A stretch of DNA of 63,821 nucleotides, counting the filler, from Basidioascus undulatus (Eukaryota), in assembly GCA_000826855.1 (NCBI GenBank). It is 4 parts of 4 records of this genome, joined end to end, with 100 filler letters (N's around TTAATTAATTAA, not from the genome) between each part and the next. Parts side by side here need not be neighbours in the genome. Positions count along the whole stretch, not along the records: positions 48,858 to 63,821 come from JTLS01000675.1; 3 more parts are not named here. The stretch is one strand, 5' to 3'. The notes under the pieces are model-generated. The model had not been told where the DNA came from, did no database searches, and was given only the letters and a program-made list of their open reading frames with translations. Numbering within the stretch: position 1 is the stretch's first letter; each line of letters begins with the position of its first letter. Of the stretch, positions 62,126-63,821 are shown one piece after another. A program made the translations under genes and the position numbers.

Positions 62126-63821
62126 ATGGAGTATCGCCCCGCCCCGCGCCTCGCCCCGGCGCTGCAGCCGCCCACGCCGCCCTCGGCAGACACGAAATAC
62201 TTCAAGCAGTTCAAGTCCATCTTCGTCAAAGAGTTCGCCCCCATCACCTCCATCCACTTCAGCCCCGCCGCACCACACCGCTTCGCCGTCACCTCCGCGA
62301 CGCGTGTGCAGGTCTACAATCCGAAGACGCAGACCGTCGCAAAGACCATCTCCCGCTTCAAAGATGTCGCGAGGAGCGGGCAGATTAGAGCAGACGGGAA
62401 GCTGGTCGTTGCAGGAGATGATTCGGGGTTGATACAGGTGAGTGGGTGGGCGTTAAGGTGTTGGTCGTGGAAGGCAGCCGGAGCTTAGTCCATTGATCTT
62501 TGTTCATCCCCAGGTCTTTGACATCAACTCTCGAGCGATCCTCCGAACAATGCGGACGCATCAACAGTCAGTCTCATCCCTCTTTTTTATGTTGTACTCC
62601 CTACATTGACCTGTGCACTCCTCATAGACCCGTCCACGTAACAAAGTTCCACACGCTCGACTCGACGCGCCTCCTCTCCTGTTCCGACGACGCGACCGTC
62701 GTCCTGCACGACATCCCCTCTCAAACCGCCCTCCACACCTTCACCTCCCACACCGACTACGTGCGCTCCGGCGCGCCCTCCCCCTCTTCCCCGCACCTCC
62801 TCCTCTCCGGCTCGTACGACAGCACCTTGCGCCTGTGGGACGTGCGGCAGCCGGATACGTCCGGCGCGGCGATCACGATGGTGCACGGCGGGGCGCCCGT
62901 GGAGGACGTCATCTTCCTTCCCGGCGGGGAGGGCGTCGTCTCTGCCGGTGGGCCCATCATCCGCGTGTGGGACCTGTTGGCTGGCGGGCGCTGCAGACGC
63001 GCGTTGAGCAACCACCAGAAGACCGTGACGAGCCTGGCGGTGGACGGTGACGAGCGGAGGCTCCTCACCGGAGGGCTGGACCAGATGGTCAAGGTGTACG
63101 ACCTGGAGTCGTTCCGCGTCACGCACACCATGCGCTTCCCCGCCCCCGTCCTCTCCCTCGCCATTTCCGTGCGTCTTCCTGCGTCCATCCCTCTCCAATG
63201 CATTTTATCTTACCCTTCACTTCTTACAGCCCGACAACCTACACCTCGCTGCCGGTCTCTCGGACGGGACGCTCGCGCTCCGCCGGCGCACAGCGAAGGC
63301 GAACGAAGCCTCGACCAAAGCGGCGCGCAAGGCGGCTCTGCACTCGGGCGCGTATGAGTTCTTGCAGGAGGCCGGCGGCGGCGCGGGCCCGACAGTGAGC
63401 GCCACAGGCGCGCTCGGCGTGGACGAGTTCAAGGTCGAGGCTGTGCGCCGGCGCCGGCTCAAGGACTACGACCGCCTGCTCAAGAGCTTTAAGTACTCTG
63501 CTGCGCTCGATGCGGTCTTGCGAAAGGTTTGTCCTATCTTCGCTTCCCTCCATCTCCAAGCTCTCCTTTCCTGCTCAGCTGGACTGACGCATTTGGGTTC
63601 CGTCGTCCGCCCAGCAAACCCCCCCCGCAACGACCTTCTCCCTCCTGCACGAGCTCCTCCACCGCGACGGGCTGAAAACCGCGCTCTCAGGGCGGGACGA
63701 TGTCTCGCTCGAGCCTGTCCTGGCGCTGCTCGTGAAGCACATTACCGACCCGCGCTTCGCCGACCTGGCATGCACCGTCGCGGGCGTTGTGCTCGGTGGG
63801 TCTGACCCTCTCTCCCCCCCC
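62126..63821 (+). CDS. UTP15: U3 snoRNA-associated WD40 protein Utp15, cut at the window end
   Basis: PHRFAVTSATRVQVY, TISRFKDVARSG, DGKLVVAGD, HTDYVRSG, NHQKTVT, LLKSFKYSAALD and ALSGRDDVSLEPVL. Confidence 0.95.

Overview
Intron-rich, GC-rich fungal DNA, most likely a basidiomycete (GTGCGT/GTGAGT donors, CTGAC/CTAAC branch sites, micro-exons). It is four contigs (1-15006, 15107-30112, 30213-48757, 48858-63821) joined by artificial N44-TTAATTAATTAA-N44 linkers, so adjacency across linkers is not evidence of linkage. Apparently intact genes: pirin, PLAC8, class II myosin, ERT1/AcuK, ADE6, REI1, DBP10, DUO1, XKS1, DSC3, TMA19/TCTP, UTP15. About eight accessory genes are frameshifted (F-box/LRR-like, terpene cyclase, MpaB-like oxygenase, alginate-lyase-like, membrane proteins). 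Main discovery: two copies of a circularly PERMUTED tRNA-Arg(ACG) gene (16812-16884 and 19359-19431, minus strand). In each, the 3' half precedes the 5' half, the break is at the canonical 37/38 intron site, the ends can form a bulge-helix-bulge-like splice motif, a T6 Pol III terminator follows, and an A-box-like element is conserved in the leader. I know permuted tRNA genes from some algae, chlorarachniophyte nucleomorphs and one crenarchaeon, but not from fungi. Second oddity: the EGD1 (NAC-beta) gene stops at a splice donor and is followed 166 nt later by the myosin II ATG. All family assignments are from motif recognition by eye; no database search was run.
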